Positions 1-14,629 of a DNA stretch of 64,000 nt are shown here, piece by piece. A program made the translations under genes and the position numbers. The stretch covers positions 19,282,001 through 19,346,000 of the forward strand of contig CM126226.1 in the NCBI GenBank assembly GCA_052327205.1. Reading direction: 5' to 3'. Source of the stretch: Somniosus microcephalus (taxonomy: Eukaryota). Below the pieces are notes generated by a model. That model did not search any database, had not been told where the DNA came from, and was given only the letters and a program-made list of their open reading frames with translations. Each line of letters opens with the position of its first letter. Within the stretch, counting starts at the first letter, position 1.

Positions 1-3000
1 TATACATTTACTGGAATCTTATTTTCCAATCCATTAAATGGGAAAACAAAGAAACAAAGAAAAAAAATGCAAAAACAGAACATCAATAACAGGCATTTAA
101 ATAAACAGCAAGATCTTTTCTGATACATCTTGTTTCAGCTAACAGTTTCAGTTTCTGGGAAAAAGTCCACAATTAAATGTCGAAATTGTTAAAGCATGTG
201 AATTTTTTCATTCCTTACCCTGTTGAACAAGTCTCCAAGTGAGAAGTAAACAAAACACTACAGCAGCACTAGATCTTTTAAAATGCTTATTGTTTCTACC
301 TACTGTCATCTTGCATTACAAAAGGTTTAAAGATTTTAAAGATTTCTAAACTTTTCTGTGAAGAGAAAGTGAAATATTACACAGTTTTTTTTCCCCACTG
401 TCCCCTGGGGTAGCATTACTTACACAAGCTGAGGAACAGCATGGTTTAGCTGGAATCCAAGTGTCCCTATGATGGCTGAAGTGCCTTAAATCCCAACCTT
501 CAGAAAGAGCAATCCGCGTGGCGCAGGCTTCACGGGTGAAATGGCCTACTTCTGTTGCTATCAACAGGTGGCGGTGGTTGGAGTCCATGATAGAACAATG
601 ATCAGGGGCACCATCTTAAACTGACTGAATAAGTCAAATTCCATGATTATTACAATGGATTTGCATCAGTGTTTTGGGGATTGTATGTGTGATTTCTTTC
701 CCCATAAAAATCACAAATCAGTGGTCTTAACAATCATACATTGAGTGTCGATAGAGCTGGCTGGAAGAGCCAAATGGCCTTTTCTTGTTCCAGAATTGAT
801 GTTCTTGAATGTAAAAGTACTAAAAAAAAAAATTCTTGGGACTACTCACTCCCTTGTGCTCATTTCATACAACAGATAATTTTAAAGAAGTTAACCATCA
901 TTCCATTACAGTACCAAATGATATTCACAAAAGATTATAAGGAAATTCTGAACACACTATTAATTAGAACAGCCAGCAGGGTTTGGGTTACATACTGAAT
1001 GAACAATGGCTGGGAGTGCACTACATATAGGCCGCAGTGTTTTACAAGGGAGTTAAGTCATGATGTAGAGGTGTAGAAAGAGGGAGGGTTCAGGCAATCT
1101 CATAAACCAAACAGTGAACAAGTGATTGATCGCCAATATCTAAACCTAGAGATACATCTTTGAGGCCCATTCCTGCCCTTTATTCCAAATAGACAGAATT
1201 AAAGTTTGTGCAGTTTGTTAATTTTTGATAGTGGGAGAAGCAAACCAACAAAATCTCTACATACACTTGAGATATTCAGATGTTGTTAAGTTACATTAAA
1301 TTATGCAGTGTGGTCTTAACAGTTCAGATGATTATAATAAACCATTTGATCTGTGCTCTATTGGTTTTAATTCGTTGGACCCAGAGAATGGTTAGTGTTG
1401 CAGTTAAAATGCATTAACCCTAAATGCATTACCGGGATCTTGCCATGCACAAATTATCTGACACATTTGCAGTGCTACATAACAATGACTACACTTTAAA
1501 AGTAAAAGGCTGTGATGCGCTTTGGAACTTCTCTTACTTTCACAAAACAAATAAGGAATTGAACCCCTAAAAATAGTCAGTATCCTGTTTTATACAATAA
1601 AAAATATAACACCAACATTCAACTTTAATTAGGGCACTTTGTGGTTCCAGCAAATGCAATAGGTTTTACATAATTCCCCAAAGTTGCCCTGGAAATCACC
1701 ACACTTGCAGATACATACAAAGATTCTCATTTTATCATGACAGAAGGCCCAAAGTAGACCAAAAATCTAGAGGCAACAAACTTGACATTACCAGTTGGGA
1801 ACATGATGGTGAAAAATTAAATTCAATGACAGTAAAAGGTAAGTTCAATGTCACTGAAATCCATTCTGGAAAAATAAAGCTCCAGCACAGTCCTGATGAC
1901 AAAGGTATACTGCAACCCAGTATTTATTTATCCATATAAATGCAGGTAATAAGGTCATCAACTCTCCCCAGATCCTCTCAGTCACAAATGTACACTCACA
2001 GATACAAGGAGGATCATTATGTAACTTGTAACCTCTTGCTTCAAACCAAAAGTCAGAGCACTGACAAGATAATTGCAGCTCCTGCAATGCCATCATGACA
2101 GTTAAGAATTGTGGGAGTAAACCTCAACTCTCAGCTAAAGAATTTGAAAACAATGTTGAGTGGTTTAGTAGGAAAACTATTATAAGTTGCTGTTGCCTTT
2201 GCTGACATAACCTGCAAACCTACATGCAAGTCAGATTTTTTGCTCCTTACTTGTTGCGGCTGATTTAAAGTACCTCACAAAATTCCAAAACAAACTGAGT
2301 TTAAAAAAAAAATCTCAAATGCAGCACCAGACAAAATTGACATTAAATAATGTGCTACTTTTCTGTAATTGAAGGGATTGGTCTCCATTGGTAAGCAAGA
2401 GGAGCCCCATCGTGTGTGCCATCGGTTGGGAAGACACCCATCTCTGGGTCAGAAGGCTAGGAGATCAAACCGCACACCAGCCTTGAGCCACAATCTAGGT
2501 TGACACTTCAGGGAGAATTTGTTGGAGGCTGAAACATTAAACAGAGGTCCCATTTGCCTGGCTCCAGTGCTTCCGGTGGATTTTAAGATCATACAGTGTT
2601 CTTTAAAGAGGAGCAGGTAGCTCTCCTGGTGTCCTGGTCAACATTGCTCTCTCAATCAGCACTATAAAAACAAAATGGATCAACCGTTTGTGGGATGTTG
2701 TGGCTGCCACGTTTGCTTGTACAGTTCATTCCTCTTAATTCAACGTTACCTATTTCAAATGATCTGATAATGGATTTTTTTGTTCAGTGCTGTGTTAATT
2801 ATGTTGCTTAATTCAAATTATTGGATAGGTGAAATTGGTTTAACGCAAAATAACAACAGAATTAACTGACTGGACTGTGTAATATTCACCGCACACCAAG
2901 TATTTAATTGAGTGAAGTGTTTTTAGATTTGGTGATGTGATAAGATGTTCCACAAATCAAGTTTTGTCATTTTTGTTGCAATTACATCCTGGGACAAGCT

Positions 3001-3490
3001 GCCCAATTACATGTTCTACACTGTGTGTTATGCTTCTGAGAAAGAAGAAAGACAGCTTGACAGATAATTTTTTTTACAAAGATGGTGCACCTCTAAGTTT
3101 GGTTCTAAGAATTGCTCAAAACATCTCAGCTGTTCTCGAAAACTAAAAAAGGGAAAATTACAGATCGATTATAATATATACTGAACATGAAGCAAATCTA
3201 GGACAATGTAGCTCAACTTTTCCTCCAGCACAGGAGATGATGAATTGTGGCCAGTTTATTTAAAAAAAAATAGCCCTCTTTGAAACCCTACACTGATGTA
3301 ACCCTGGGGAAATGTATGCGGCTGTATTATTTAAACAACCGATAATTTGTACAAATACCAGCTAATCTAATCAGCGCCTTACTGCCACAGAAGTTAAAAG
3401 GTCACTGAAAAAAGTTTCAAATAAGTTCTCTTCCATCCCAACTTCAGTCAAGCCTGTTCTCTACAAACCACTGACCAAAATACAATTTTG

Positions 3491-4803
3491 AAACATAGAA
3501 ACATAGAAGATAGGAGCAGGAGTAGGCCATTTGGCCCCTCGAGCCTGCTCCGCCATTCAATGAGATCATGGCTGATCATCCAAATTCAGTACCCTGTCCC
3601 TGCCTTCTCCCCATATCCCTTGATCCCTTTAGCCTTAAGAAATATATCCAGCTCCTTCTTGAATATATTTAATGAATTGGCCTCTACTGCCTTCTGTGGT
3701 AGAGAATTCCACAGGTTCACCACTCTCTGGGTGAAGAAATTCCTCATCTTGGTCCTAAATGGCTTACCCCTTATCCTTAGACTGTGACCCCTGGTTCTGG
3801 GCTCCCCATCAGGAACATCCTTCCTGCATCTAGTCTGTCTAGTCCTGTTAGAATGTTATAAGTTTAAATGAGATCCCCTCTCATTCTTCTAAACTCCAGC
3901 GAATATAAGCCCAATCGACCCAATCTCTCCTCATACGTCATTCCTGCCATCCCAGGTATCAGCCTGGTGAATCTTCGCTGCACTCCTTCCATGGCAAGAA
4001 CATCCTTCCTCAGATAAGGCGACCAAAACTACACACAATACTCAAGATGTGGTCTCACCAAGGCCCTGTACAATTGCAGCAAGACATCCTTGTTCCTGTA
4101 CTCAAACCCTCTCGCTATGAAGGCCAACATATCATTTGCCTTCTTAACCGCCTGCTGCACCTGTATGCTTACCTTCAGTGCACAAGGACACCCAGGTCTC
4201 GTTGCACTTCCCCTTCTCCCAATCTATTGCCATTCAGATAATAATCTGCCTTTCTGTTTGACACCAAAGTGGATAACCTCGCATTTATCCACGTTATATT
4301 GCATCTGCTATGCTTCTGCCCAATCACCCAACCTGTCCAAATCATACTGGAGTTTCTCGGCATCCTCCTCACACACGCCCACCCAGCTTTGTGTCATCTG
4401 CAAACTTGGAGATATTACATCTAGTTCCCTCATCTAGATCATTTATGTATATTGTGAATAGCTGGGGTCCAAGGACCAATCCCTGCGGCACCCCACTAGT
4501 CACTGCCTGCCACTCGGAAAAAGACCCGTTTATTCCAACTCTTTGCTTTCCGTCGCCAACCAGTTCTCTATCCAAGTCAATACCTTGCCCCCAATCCCAC
4601 GTGCCTTAACTTTACACGCTAATCTCTTTTGCGGGACCTTATCAAAATCTTTTGAAAGTCCAAATACACCACATCCACTGGTTCTCCCTTATCTATTTTA
4701 CCAGTTACATCCTCAAAAAATTCCAGTAGATTAGTCAAGCATGATTTACCTTTTGTAAATCCATGTTGACTTTGTCCGATCCGGTCACTGTTTTCCAAGT
4801 GAC
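3491..4803 (-). mobile_element. CR1 LINE, 5'-truncated (RT C-terminus and 3' UTR)
   Basis: Minus-strand ORF fragments [29 protein letters not shown] and [12 protein letters not shown]; short-repeat 3' tail; multiple frameshifts. Confidence 0.93.
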
Positions 4804-6964
4804 CTGCAAGTACCTTCTGCGATTTGCCCAATACATTAAATTCTCATATGGATAATGCTTTTTATAATTTATCTCCTGGAATGTTTTCTACAAGCAAGTC
4901 ATTTGTCAATGTTTTTGTGTGCATGTAAAAACAAAATCTATCAAATAAAGGGAAACTCTCGTTAGCTGCAAGCTTCAGTTGTGTAGGCAACTTGTGTTTA
5001 TGCTTCATTTCCACACTGAAATCAAGTACAACAGTAGATAGCCTGGGAAGCATTGTGGTTCATATTTCTATTATGGCCAGAACTGGCAATAAAATGGACA
5101 CAAATATATTTTTCAGTTTCCCCCCTCATTTTATTAAAGGATTCAGCCTATTTTCCCTTCTTAACAAATTCATGAACGCGTTTATATAATTCAATGAAAC
5201 TATTGCAGAGGGGAAAATATTGGCGATAGTACAGCTACACATTAGTTATAATACTTTCTTTAAAAATCACTGAAGTGTTTAACAAAAGGGCAGTTCAATA
5301 GTACAACATGTTAGTGTGCTGACTCCCTACCACAAACAACACAGATTCAAGTCTATAATTTACTACACAAGAGGTTCCCACCCCTGACTGAACAAACAGG
5401 ACGAGGAACAGATGGAACAACCCTTTCACACATCCTTGACCAGCCAATTCCAGAGCAGGAAGCGGGGGTGGGGGAAGCTTGGGAGCAGATCACATACCCT
5501 CATCCAGGGGACATGGGTGACCAAAAAGGGAGCAAGAAGAAAAAATACCTTGCAAGGAGAGTCTCAAACAACAAATTGCAATCAACATGTTTCAAACTTG
5601 CAAGAGCCATTTTACTATTGTCACTCTCCCATGTGTCAAGAAGGTGCGTGTGTAGGGATAAATGACAAGCTAAATAAAAATATGTAGTATAGGTTACATC
5701 TGTTGGTAGACATTCTTAACTCTGTACGTGATATGATGCAACGGCATTTGAATTTTCAGTCAGCATGAACCCCAACTACTATTTTGTATTATATTTCTAA
5801 CCTACAATGATAAGAGTTGTGTAGCTGGTCTGTACAGTAATACATTAAAGATGCCATGTACATAGATGAAACACAATGTAAAGAGAAAGTCAGCCATTAG
5901 TAAAAGCTTGCATTTCAGTTCAATGCATCATTAACACCATTGCTTCAAACAGTGAAACAAATTAATATAGAGTAAAACAGTCTCTTTACTCCAGGTTGTA
6001 TCTGTTCTGTACTTACTGCAGATGATGAAGCTGGTGTTATAATAACATTTAATGCAAGCTGACTGTTAAAACAATAAGCAGAGACTGGGATAAAAATCCT
6101 CAAGTCTGGTCAGAACTCTTGACAGAACAGACCAGGTCTTGTCTCTCGTTGGTAAAAGATCAATGTTTTATCCATGTTCCAAAGAGGAAACCAGATGTCT
6201 GTGTCGTGCCCCTGGTTTTATCAGCTAGAGAGCGGCTGTGGTCTGGATTCACTGCACAGCATGCTGCAACACAGCTCCACACACTAATTTGCAGCATACT
6301 TACAATTTACCACATTCTTCACATTGGTTCCCAAATTATACTGCAATTTTTTTCTTTAAAGGTTAGATATTCATTTTTTTTAATTGCAGTGAAATGTGAT
6401 ATTTTCACTCATCCTTTGGAAAAAGATTGATAGATGCTTCATGAAGCAAAGGGTTATGGAAAAGGTCACACTATGCAAACTTCACTCATTCCTTTTATTT
6501 TGGGAGTTGGACTCACAGCTGGCCTCATACTGCAGGTATGACTGGGGAATGTGGCAGATCTTACTCAAACTAAAACCTGAAGAGTTAAACACTCTGAAAA
6601 TTGTTTCCTCTATAGCATATATAAATTAAAAAGATAGACTCCATTTATATAACATGTAATGATAGCTCATAGAAATGTTGCTAATCACTTCACATATAAT
6701 GAATTACTTTTAATTTGCACAAACATGGCAGCCATTTTGCACACAAAACCTCACAATCAGCAATGAGATGAAAGATCAGTTAATTGTTTTTTGGTGGTAA
6801 TGCCAGAGGGAGAAATATCAGTCAGAACACTGGGAGAACTCGTTCCTTTCAAAAAAAATGCTACAGGGTTCTTTAAAAATCCACCTCAACTACTGGAACA
6901 GTCAGGGAAGCCTTTGATCTAATGGCTCACCCGAAGGTCGGCACAGGGACAAAAGCAGGATGTG

Positions 6965-7880
6965 TGTGTCTTACACTAAACATCCGTAAGACAAAGGTCC
7001 TCTACCGACCTGCCCCCGCCACACAGTACTGCCCCCCGATTATCAAAATCCACGACAAGGCCTTGGACAACGTGGACCACTTTCCATACCTCGGGAGCCT
7101 ACGGTCAACAAGGGCAGTCGTCGACGACGAAGTCCAACACCGCCTTCAGTGTGCCAGTGCAGCCTTTGGTCGCCTGAGGAAGAGAGCGTTTGAAGACCAG
7201 GACCTCAAACCTGGCACTATGCTCATGGTCTACAGGGCAGCAGTGATACCCGCTCTCCAGTATGCCTCAGAGACATGGACCATGTACAGCAGGCACCTCA
7301 AAGCACTGGAGAGGTACCACCAACGCTGCCTCCGCAAGATCCTGCAAATCCATTGGCAGGATAGGCACACCAACGTCAGTGTTCTTGCTCAGGCCAACAT
7401 CCCCAGCATCAAAGCTCTGACCACGCTCGATCAGCTCTGATTGACGGGTCACATCGTCCGCATGCCCGATACGAGACTCCCAAAACAAGCGCTCTACTCG
7501 GAACTCCGACACGGCAAGAGAGCCCCAGGTGGGCAGAGGAAACGCTTCAAGGACACCCTCAAAGCCTCCTTGAAAAAGTGCAACATCCCCACCGACACCT
7601 GGGAATCCCTGGCCCAAGACCGCACAAAGTGGAGGAGAAGCATCCGGGAAGGCGCCGAACACCTCGAGTCTCTTCGCCGGGAGCAAGCCGAAGCCAAGCA
7701 CAGGCAGCGCAAGGAGCGCACGTCAACCCAAGCACCCCACCCACCCGCCCCTTCAACCACCGTCTGCCCCACCTGTGACAGAGACTGTAGGTCCCGCATT
7801 GGACTCATCAGTCACCTGCTTCCACATTAAAAATGTTTGCGCAAGTTATCCTCGGTTCCAAGGGATTGCCTAAGAAGAAG
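6965..7880 (+). mobile_element. RTE-clade LINE 3' fragment
   Basis: LNIRKTKV, VDHFPYLGS, ASAAFGRLRKR, YASETWT, GHIVRMPDTRLPKQALYSEL and a C-terminal CPTC..SRIGLISH zinc-finger-like motif; (AAG)n tail. Confidence 0.9.
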
Positions 7881-8287
7881 ATACACTTTTACATAGTTAT
7901 GGTGCATTCTTATTAAAGACATCAGCCAACTGCATCTCCAGGGTATCTTCGCATAATTTCCTTTGGTCTGTAACAAAGGTAGTCTGTGGTTAGACAATAC
8001 ACATGGCTGGCTGCAATGCAAATAGCTCTCATCAAATTATTCAATGTTAACGTACTTTTGCTTTTTAATAACCATGTCTCACTACCCAAAAGGCAGCCCA
8101 CTGTTTGTTTATTTTATTGAATTAATTTTGGTGGCATGTCTAAAAATGTAATTTCCACCTGTTGAAAGCTGTTAAAGGCAATCTAGTTGAAACGTGTAAC
8201 CACCAGTGAGAAGCCATGATCCCTAGGGCATCAACCTCATTGCTTATGGAGAGAAGCACAGGCACGATGGGCCGAATGTGCTGCATC

Positions 8288-8620
8288 GGCGGCATAGTGG
8301 TTAGCACTGTTGCCTCACAGCGCCAGGGACCCGGGTTCGAATCCGGCCTCGGGCGACTGTCTGTGTGGAGTTTGCACATTCTCCCCGTGTTTGCGTGGGT
8401 TTTCTCCGGGTGCTCCGGTTTCCTCCCACAGTCCAAAGATGTGCGGGATAGGTTGATTGGCTATGATAAATTGACCCTTAGTGTTAGGGGGGTTACAGGG
8501 ATAGGGTGGGATATGTGTTGGTGTAGGGGTTACGGTGATCGGGTGGGATATGTGTCGGTGCAGGCTCGATGGGCTGAAATGGCCTCTATCTGCACTGTGG
8601 GGATTCTGTGATTCTGTGAA
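8288..8620 (+). mobile_element. tRNA-derived V-SINE (HE1-like)
   Basis: Pol III A/B-box head (tggttagcactg...gggttcgaatcc), V-domain (gtgtggagtttgcacattctccccgtg...ctccggtttcctcccacagtccaaag) and a CR1-like tail ending (attctgtg)2. Confidence 0.88.
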
Positions 8621-8887
8621 TATCAATTTGTTGAGAGTTTCTTTTTGTTACAGACAATTTTCAAAGATGCTATTTGTACATTAAAAGGATCCAACATATA
8701 AATATCAGGCTTTGTAGCTGCTCTTTTTCTGTTCATTATGATTCTACACCAGAAAAGGGATGGAGAAAGGTCTGTAAGCAGTGGCCTTAAATAGGTACCG
8801 TCAGATATTGGGCCTTTTGAAGAGCTTTCCAAGAAAAGCCGGGAGAGTTCAGACTCCATTTTGATTTATTGCAGATTTGATGTTTGT

Positions 8888-9425
8888 AACATATAAGAAC
8901 ATAAGAAATAGGAGCAGGAGTAGACCAATCGGCCCCTCGAGCCTGCTCCGCCATTCAATAAGATCATGGCTGATCTGATCCTAACTGCCAATCCACTATC
9001 ACAGAACCATCTCCTGCATCTAACAGAATTAGACACACGAAATAGGAGCAGGATCAGGCTACACGGCCCCTGGGCCCGCTCCGCTACCCACAAGGCCATG
9101 ACCGATCCGAACCTAGACACATGTCCAAATTCCTGCCCGCTCCCCGTAACCCTTAATTCCCTTTACTTCTAGGAAACTGTCTATTTCTGTTTTAAATTTA
9201 TGTAATGATGTAGCTTCTACAGCTTTTTGGGGCAGCATATTCCATGGACCTACCACCCTCTGAGTGAAGTAGTTCCTCCTCATCTCAGTTTTGAAAGAGC
9301 AGCCCCTTATTCTAAGACTATGCCCCCTAGTTCTAGTTTCACCCATCATCGGGAACATCCTCCCCGCATCCACCCGATCCAACCCCTTCACAATCTTATA
9401 TGTTTCAATAAGATCGCCTCTCATA
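8888..9425 (-). mobile_element. CR1 LINE 3' end
   Basis: RGDLIETYKIVKGLDRV...TRGHSLRI...FTQRVV peptide; CR1 3' UTR and short-repeat tail. Confidence 0.88.
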
Positions 9426-10074
9426 TAGCAGAATGCCCACAACTTTTTGTTTCTGTGCATTATATTAACTTGTAAATAAATTTGACTAGCAGTTTTAGAG
9501 GGCACAAAGTCTCATATTATAGTATATTCTCTCTTTGGAAGCAATAAGGGATGAATTCGTCATTCTACGTATCTTCCTATAATTTATTGTGATTAGAATT
9601 AAGTACAGCAGGGAAGAAAGATGCATGTTTTGATTCACAGTCAGTTTGCTTATGGAAACTGCTGTCAACACATTTGCACAGGAAAAAGGTGTTGGGGAAA
9701 TGCCCAAGTGTAACGGGCACTTTTGACAATGCAACATTCCCTCAGTATCGTATGGGAACGTTAACCTAGATTCCATGCTCAAGTCCCAGAATGGGTCTTG
9801 AACTCGCAACCATCTGATCCAGAGACAAGAGTGTTGCTAACTGAATTAAGTGGTCACAAATAAAAGATTATTGCCTTTTTGAATGAAGGTGGTATTCTCC
9901 TCTATTTTCTGCTTAAATAATAGCACAAAACATAAATGTGCAAAAGCATCTTTCTACACGTGACAGCAAAGGTGAATGGGAAGCAAAACTAATGCAGACT
10001 TTTGGCAGCGAGATCTTCATTTTGGGTGATCAAGTACAATCTATTTTTGTCGCAATCTTGTCTGCATTAATTTA

Positions 10075-10880
10075 AGAACAGAAGAACATAAGAAATAGGA
10101 GCAGGCGTAGGCCATACGATCCTTCGAGCCTGCTCCGCCATTCAATAAGATTACAACTGATCTTAAACCTCAACTCCACTTTCTTGTCCTATCCCCTTGT
10201 CCTCAATTCTCTTAAGAGTCCAAAAATCTATCAATCTCAGCCCTGAATATACTCAATGACTGAGCATCTGGAGTGGGGAATTCCAAAGATTCGCAACCTT
10301 CCGAGTGAAGAAACTTCTTTTTATTTCAGTCCTAATGGGCCGATCCCTTATTCTAAGACTATGCCCCCCGAGTTCTCGATTCTCCAGCCAGGGGAAACAG
10401 CCTCTCAGCATCTACCCTATCAAGCCCTCTCAGAATCTTGTATGTTTCAATGAGATCACCTCTCATTCTAACCTTCAGAGAGTATAGACCCATTCTACTC
10501 AATCTCTCCTCATAGGACAATCCTCTCATCCCAGGAATCAATCTAGTGAACCTTCGTTGCACCTCCTCTAGGGCAAGTACATCCTTCCTTAGGTATGGAA
10601 ACCAAAACTATACACCGTGCTCCAGGTTTAGTCTCACCAAGGCCCTGTACAATTGCAGCAAAAGTTCCTTACTCTTGTACTCCAACCCCCTTGCAATAAA
10701 GACCAACAGACCATTTGCCTTCCTAATTGCTTGCTGTATCTGCAGGTTAACTTTCAGTGTTGTGTGTATAAGGGCACCCAAATCCCTCTGAACACCAACA
10801 TTTAATAGTTTCTCACCATTTAAAAAATATTCTGTTTTTTTTATTCTTCCCACCAAAGTGAATAACCTCACTTTTTTCTG
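10075..10880 (-). mobile_element. CR1 LINE 3' end
   Basis: QRDLGALIH, LYRALVR and QRRFTRLIPGMRGLSYEERL peptides; CR1 3' UTR. Confidence 0.88.
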
Positions 10881-10984
10881 GCATATCACTATACGAGATT
10901 TATCTTGCACAAAAAAGGGACTTAATTACTCAAATTTGTGACTTGTGCATTACTCAGGGCATTTCAAGGGGAGATGCTGAACTA

Positions 10985-11390
10985 CTTGGCTTATTGATAG
11001 CGGTATCACCTGTCAGAAAGCCCTGCTCCAGACATTAAGCACATAACCCAGCCTGACACTGCAATGCAGTACTGAGGGAATGCTGCACTGTCAGAGGTGC
11101 TGTCTTTTGGATCATATGTTAAAACAAGGCCTGGTTTGCCTGCTCAGGTGAACATAAAAGATCCTATGGCACTATTCAAAGAAAAGCAGGGGCGTTCTCC
11201 CAGCATCCTGGCCAATCCTTGTTCCTCAACCACTAAAATTGATTATATGGTCATTTATCTTGTTGCTGAGCAACTTGGCTGCCACGTTTGACAACATTAC
11301 AATAGTGGCTGCACTTCAAAAATTCCTCTTCGGCTGTGAAGCGCTTGAGGACATGAAAAATGCAAAATCAATACAAGTTCTTTCTTTACT
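10985..11390 (+). mobile_element. Deu-domain SINE (SacSINE1/AmnSINE1-like). Other decayed copies at ~2420-2720 (+), ~6640-6850 (-), ~9690-9860 (-), ~31600-32030 (+), ~51350-51590 (-)
   Basis: Contains gaggtgctgtcttttggat...taaaagatcctatggcactatt...cctggccaa, resembling the recalled Deu core, with an L2-like tail. Confidence 0.7.
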
Positions 11391-11555
11391 TTCGATGAGT
11401 TGCTAAAATTTTAAATTCAATACAAGTTTAAGATTAACATGAGGAAAATGTCTGATAAATCTGCACATTTCCATTTAATGCAATATGACTTCAGAATTCT
11501 GACAGGAGCATAACTTTTTATAAAATATCTTCAGATGGAAATGATTTTATCAGTA

Positions 11556-11880
11556 CAGGAAACTCTTTGGTATCCGGCACCGACGGGACCGGGATGGTGC
11601 CGGTTGATTAAAAATTCCGGATGACCGAGAGGGTTATCTGCCGAGGCTATTTTTAACAAAGAGTCAGACTCCTGGTATTGAGCTGTTCGGACTTCCGACA
11701 GCGCCAAGAAGCCGAGTAGTAGCAGTTTGGAGAACTACCCCCACTGACTAACTCGGTCGCCGCGGGAGACTCGGACTCGGCAACATTTCTGGTTATTGAG
11801 GTGTTGTTTTCGGAGTATGAATTTTGCCGGTTAACAGAGAATTGCGGATATTTAGGTGCTATTTAAACGAGAGTTTCCTG
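11556..11880. mobile_element. pogo/Tigger-like (Tc1/mariner superfamily) MITE, copy 1
   Basis: TA|CAGGAAACTC...GAGTTTCCTG|TA termini with TA duplication; 325 bp, non-coding. Confidence 0.85.
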
Positions 11881-14629
11881 TAAAATAATTTTCTGACACA
11901 AATAAGCATCAGCCAAAAGATTCAGCAGTTAAAAAAAACAGAATTTGAATGACTGGGTCAAATCTTTATTCATGCACTGTATTTCCTTGACCAAAACCAT
12001 CTGATTTATATCCATTTCGTACAATGCTACTTAACCATGAGGGAAACAAGGGCAAGTCTGAGGTTCACTTTCATATCATTCAAAAGAAGGTAAACCAAAG
12101 CCTAGTCTAAATGATGAACATATTTTATAGTAAAATCAGTCATATTTTTCTTTAAAATAAACAAACATGACCAAAAAATTACTTCAAAATGTCAATAGTT
12201 TGACATTCATATAAAAAATAAAACTCTTAAAATTGTAATTACACTGAACACCTCCCAATGATCTCAATCTGTATAAATATTGAAATGTGGGCCATTAAAA
12301 CAATTTCAAATTTTTATGACAACAGTGCACAAAATCCTAATGCTAAGTAGCATGGAACACAGAGGGAACAACATATGAGGCATAAGATAAGATCGATGTC
12401 CATATTTTTGTTGTAAAATTCAAACTTTTTTTGTAGCTGTGGTACAGAAATATATAGCCCAGTTCCCAAAGAGTTCAAAGTGAGATATAAATGACTGGTC
12501 ATTAGCGATCACAGGCAGTAAGCCAAACACCCCTCCTTCAATAACAGAGTAGTAGTACAAGAGCTGTATACTGCAGGACAAGTAGGAACCAAATTCATGA
12601 TTCCAATTAATTTAAAAAAGTAGTTTGCTTACATTTTACTATCTCACATCTTTGTTTTAGACAGAGCTATCAATAGTAAGGAAATGTTAGCAGTGATGTT
12701 TTATGATCAGTAAGGGCACAGTTACACTGCCATTTTCATGTTGATGTGAAGTGGTTCTGGTAGCAGCTTAACTAAGGCAGCAGGCCCTATCTGACAACAG
12801 AGAGCATTAAATCCAAGTAGAGAAACCTCTTCCATTGAGTTCACACCAACTGTGCTACAACTCCGGTCTCGTGCACAAACACATTTCAAAAGCTCGGGCA
12901 GTACACTGGACCTCACGGCAAATTTCAAAACTTTTGACTAGAGCGTTTCTGAAATTCCTAGAAAGCAGACATTCTCACTGCTCTCTAAAATTAAAAATGA
13001 TCTGCTGGGCAAGCTGAGCGGTGCACGTGCAATGAAATCCATTCTCGCTGCACCTGGGTGCCAGTTAGCCTGAGGTTATTCCACACGATAAACAGGTCTG
13101 CCAACTGCATCAGTGGGATACGAGTGTCAGGTCTTTAACTGCAGTATAACTGCAGCCTAAGGGTGACGCAGCTTCCATTTGAACATATGGAGCTATTTAT
13201 TTTTTTAAGAGTTGCATACATTAAAATATGGCACATTTTAAATCAAAATGAGTGCCCATCACTGCTAATGAGTGACACATGGCCTAAATTCAACACCTCA
13301 ATTTAGAAGAAAGAGCAAGACAGAAAAGTTTAGAACACAAATGAGAGAAAGGTCATAGTAGAAACAATTAGTACTTTTATAAATTTAACATTTTCAAAAA
13401 TTGCACTAAATTCAGGATAAAAGTAAAAATATACAAAGTAAATGGGAAATAACTGGTTTTAAACCTCCACGTCTTCAACTGCTGTAAATTCTGCATGTTA
13501 ATACAATGTTTTCAGAAAAGTGCCTAATATAGACACTGGAACTAAACAAAATAAACTAGGGCATATTAAAAAAAATAGTAGGGATTAGCAGGAATAAATA
13601 TGACCTTCACAAAACGCAATTATGGGAACACTGGAACAGGACACTGGCTAATCAGACTGTTTCTGCATTTTTTACAAGCTCAGAATTTAATCATGCCTCA
13701 CTTTATACCTTTATTTGGAAACTATCGCTTGCTTCTGATAAAATCCATTTTGCAAACAATTTGATGAACCTCGTGGATTCTTCTTGCCCTTATTTCTGCT
13801 ACTTCTGCCATTGTTGATCATTTTCACAAGTAAACAGGCAAGAGTGGGATAAAATCACAGTCATCTCTGATCATTTGCACCAAGAGGTACGATAAATGTG
13901 TAAATTCAAAATGCATTGCTTAGCACACTGTGCTTGCATCATCTTCAATGGCAGCCTAGACCTGTACATTTTGATTATATTAAAGGATCAAAGGAATGAG
14001 AATAAGGTTTGAACAGTAGAAAATCTCAAAATGAGAGACAGATCCCTGTAGATGTACAGTGAACTGAATCAGCTTTGTTCTACAATGAAAGGCTCCATTT
14101 TAGCTTCCAGTTGCTTATCTCTGGTTTTAGTTATATAATTAAACAAAACTCTGACTAAATTACAAAATGGTTACTTTCACTCAACCCTTCAAAATGACAC
14201 AATTTTATAGTTGAAGTTAAATGTTGCTACAGAGCCATTTATTTTTGAATGCCTGGTCCTACCATTCTCTACATCACCTCGATGGAATTTGGTTTGGACA
14301 TTATTGTGTAACATAGTGCTGTCTGACATTAATAAAGCATTACTGAGCTGTATATACTATACTTTATTCTGCCCACTCAATTCAAAATGTTCTTTGCAGG
14401 GATAACCAAATACAAATTGCAGCTGCTACGAAGACATACAACAGCATTTCAAGGGCCATAGGAATGGATCCACTTTAAAGAGACTGTCTTACCATCTGCA
14501 AAGGGTTTTAAATTAAAATAATTACATGAATCATGGTCAAATTTTAAGATCCTTTTGTTTATTTCCCCATTTATTTTGGACGATAACTTTGAATAATTTG
14601 TTTAAACAGTGAATGCTGATGACCTAACT

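Noticed and set aside
8288-8350. tRNA-like sequence
   Set aside because: It is a SINE head continuing into a V-domain and LINE-type tail, not a full cloverleaf.
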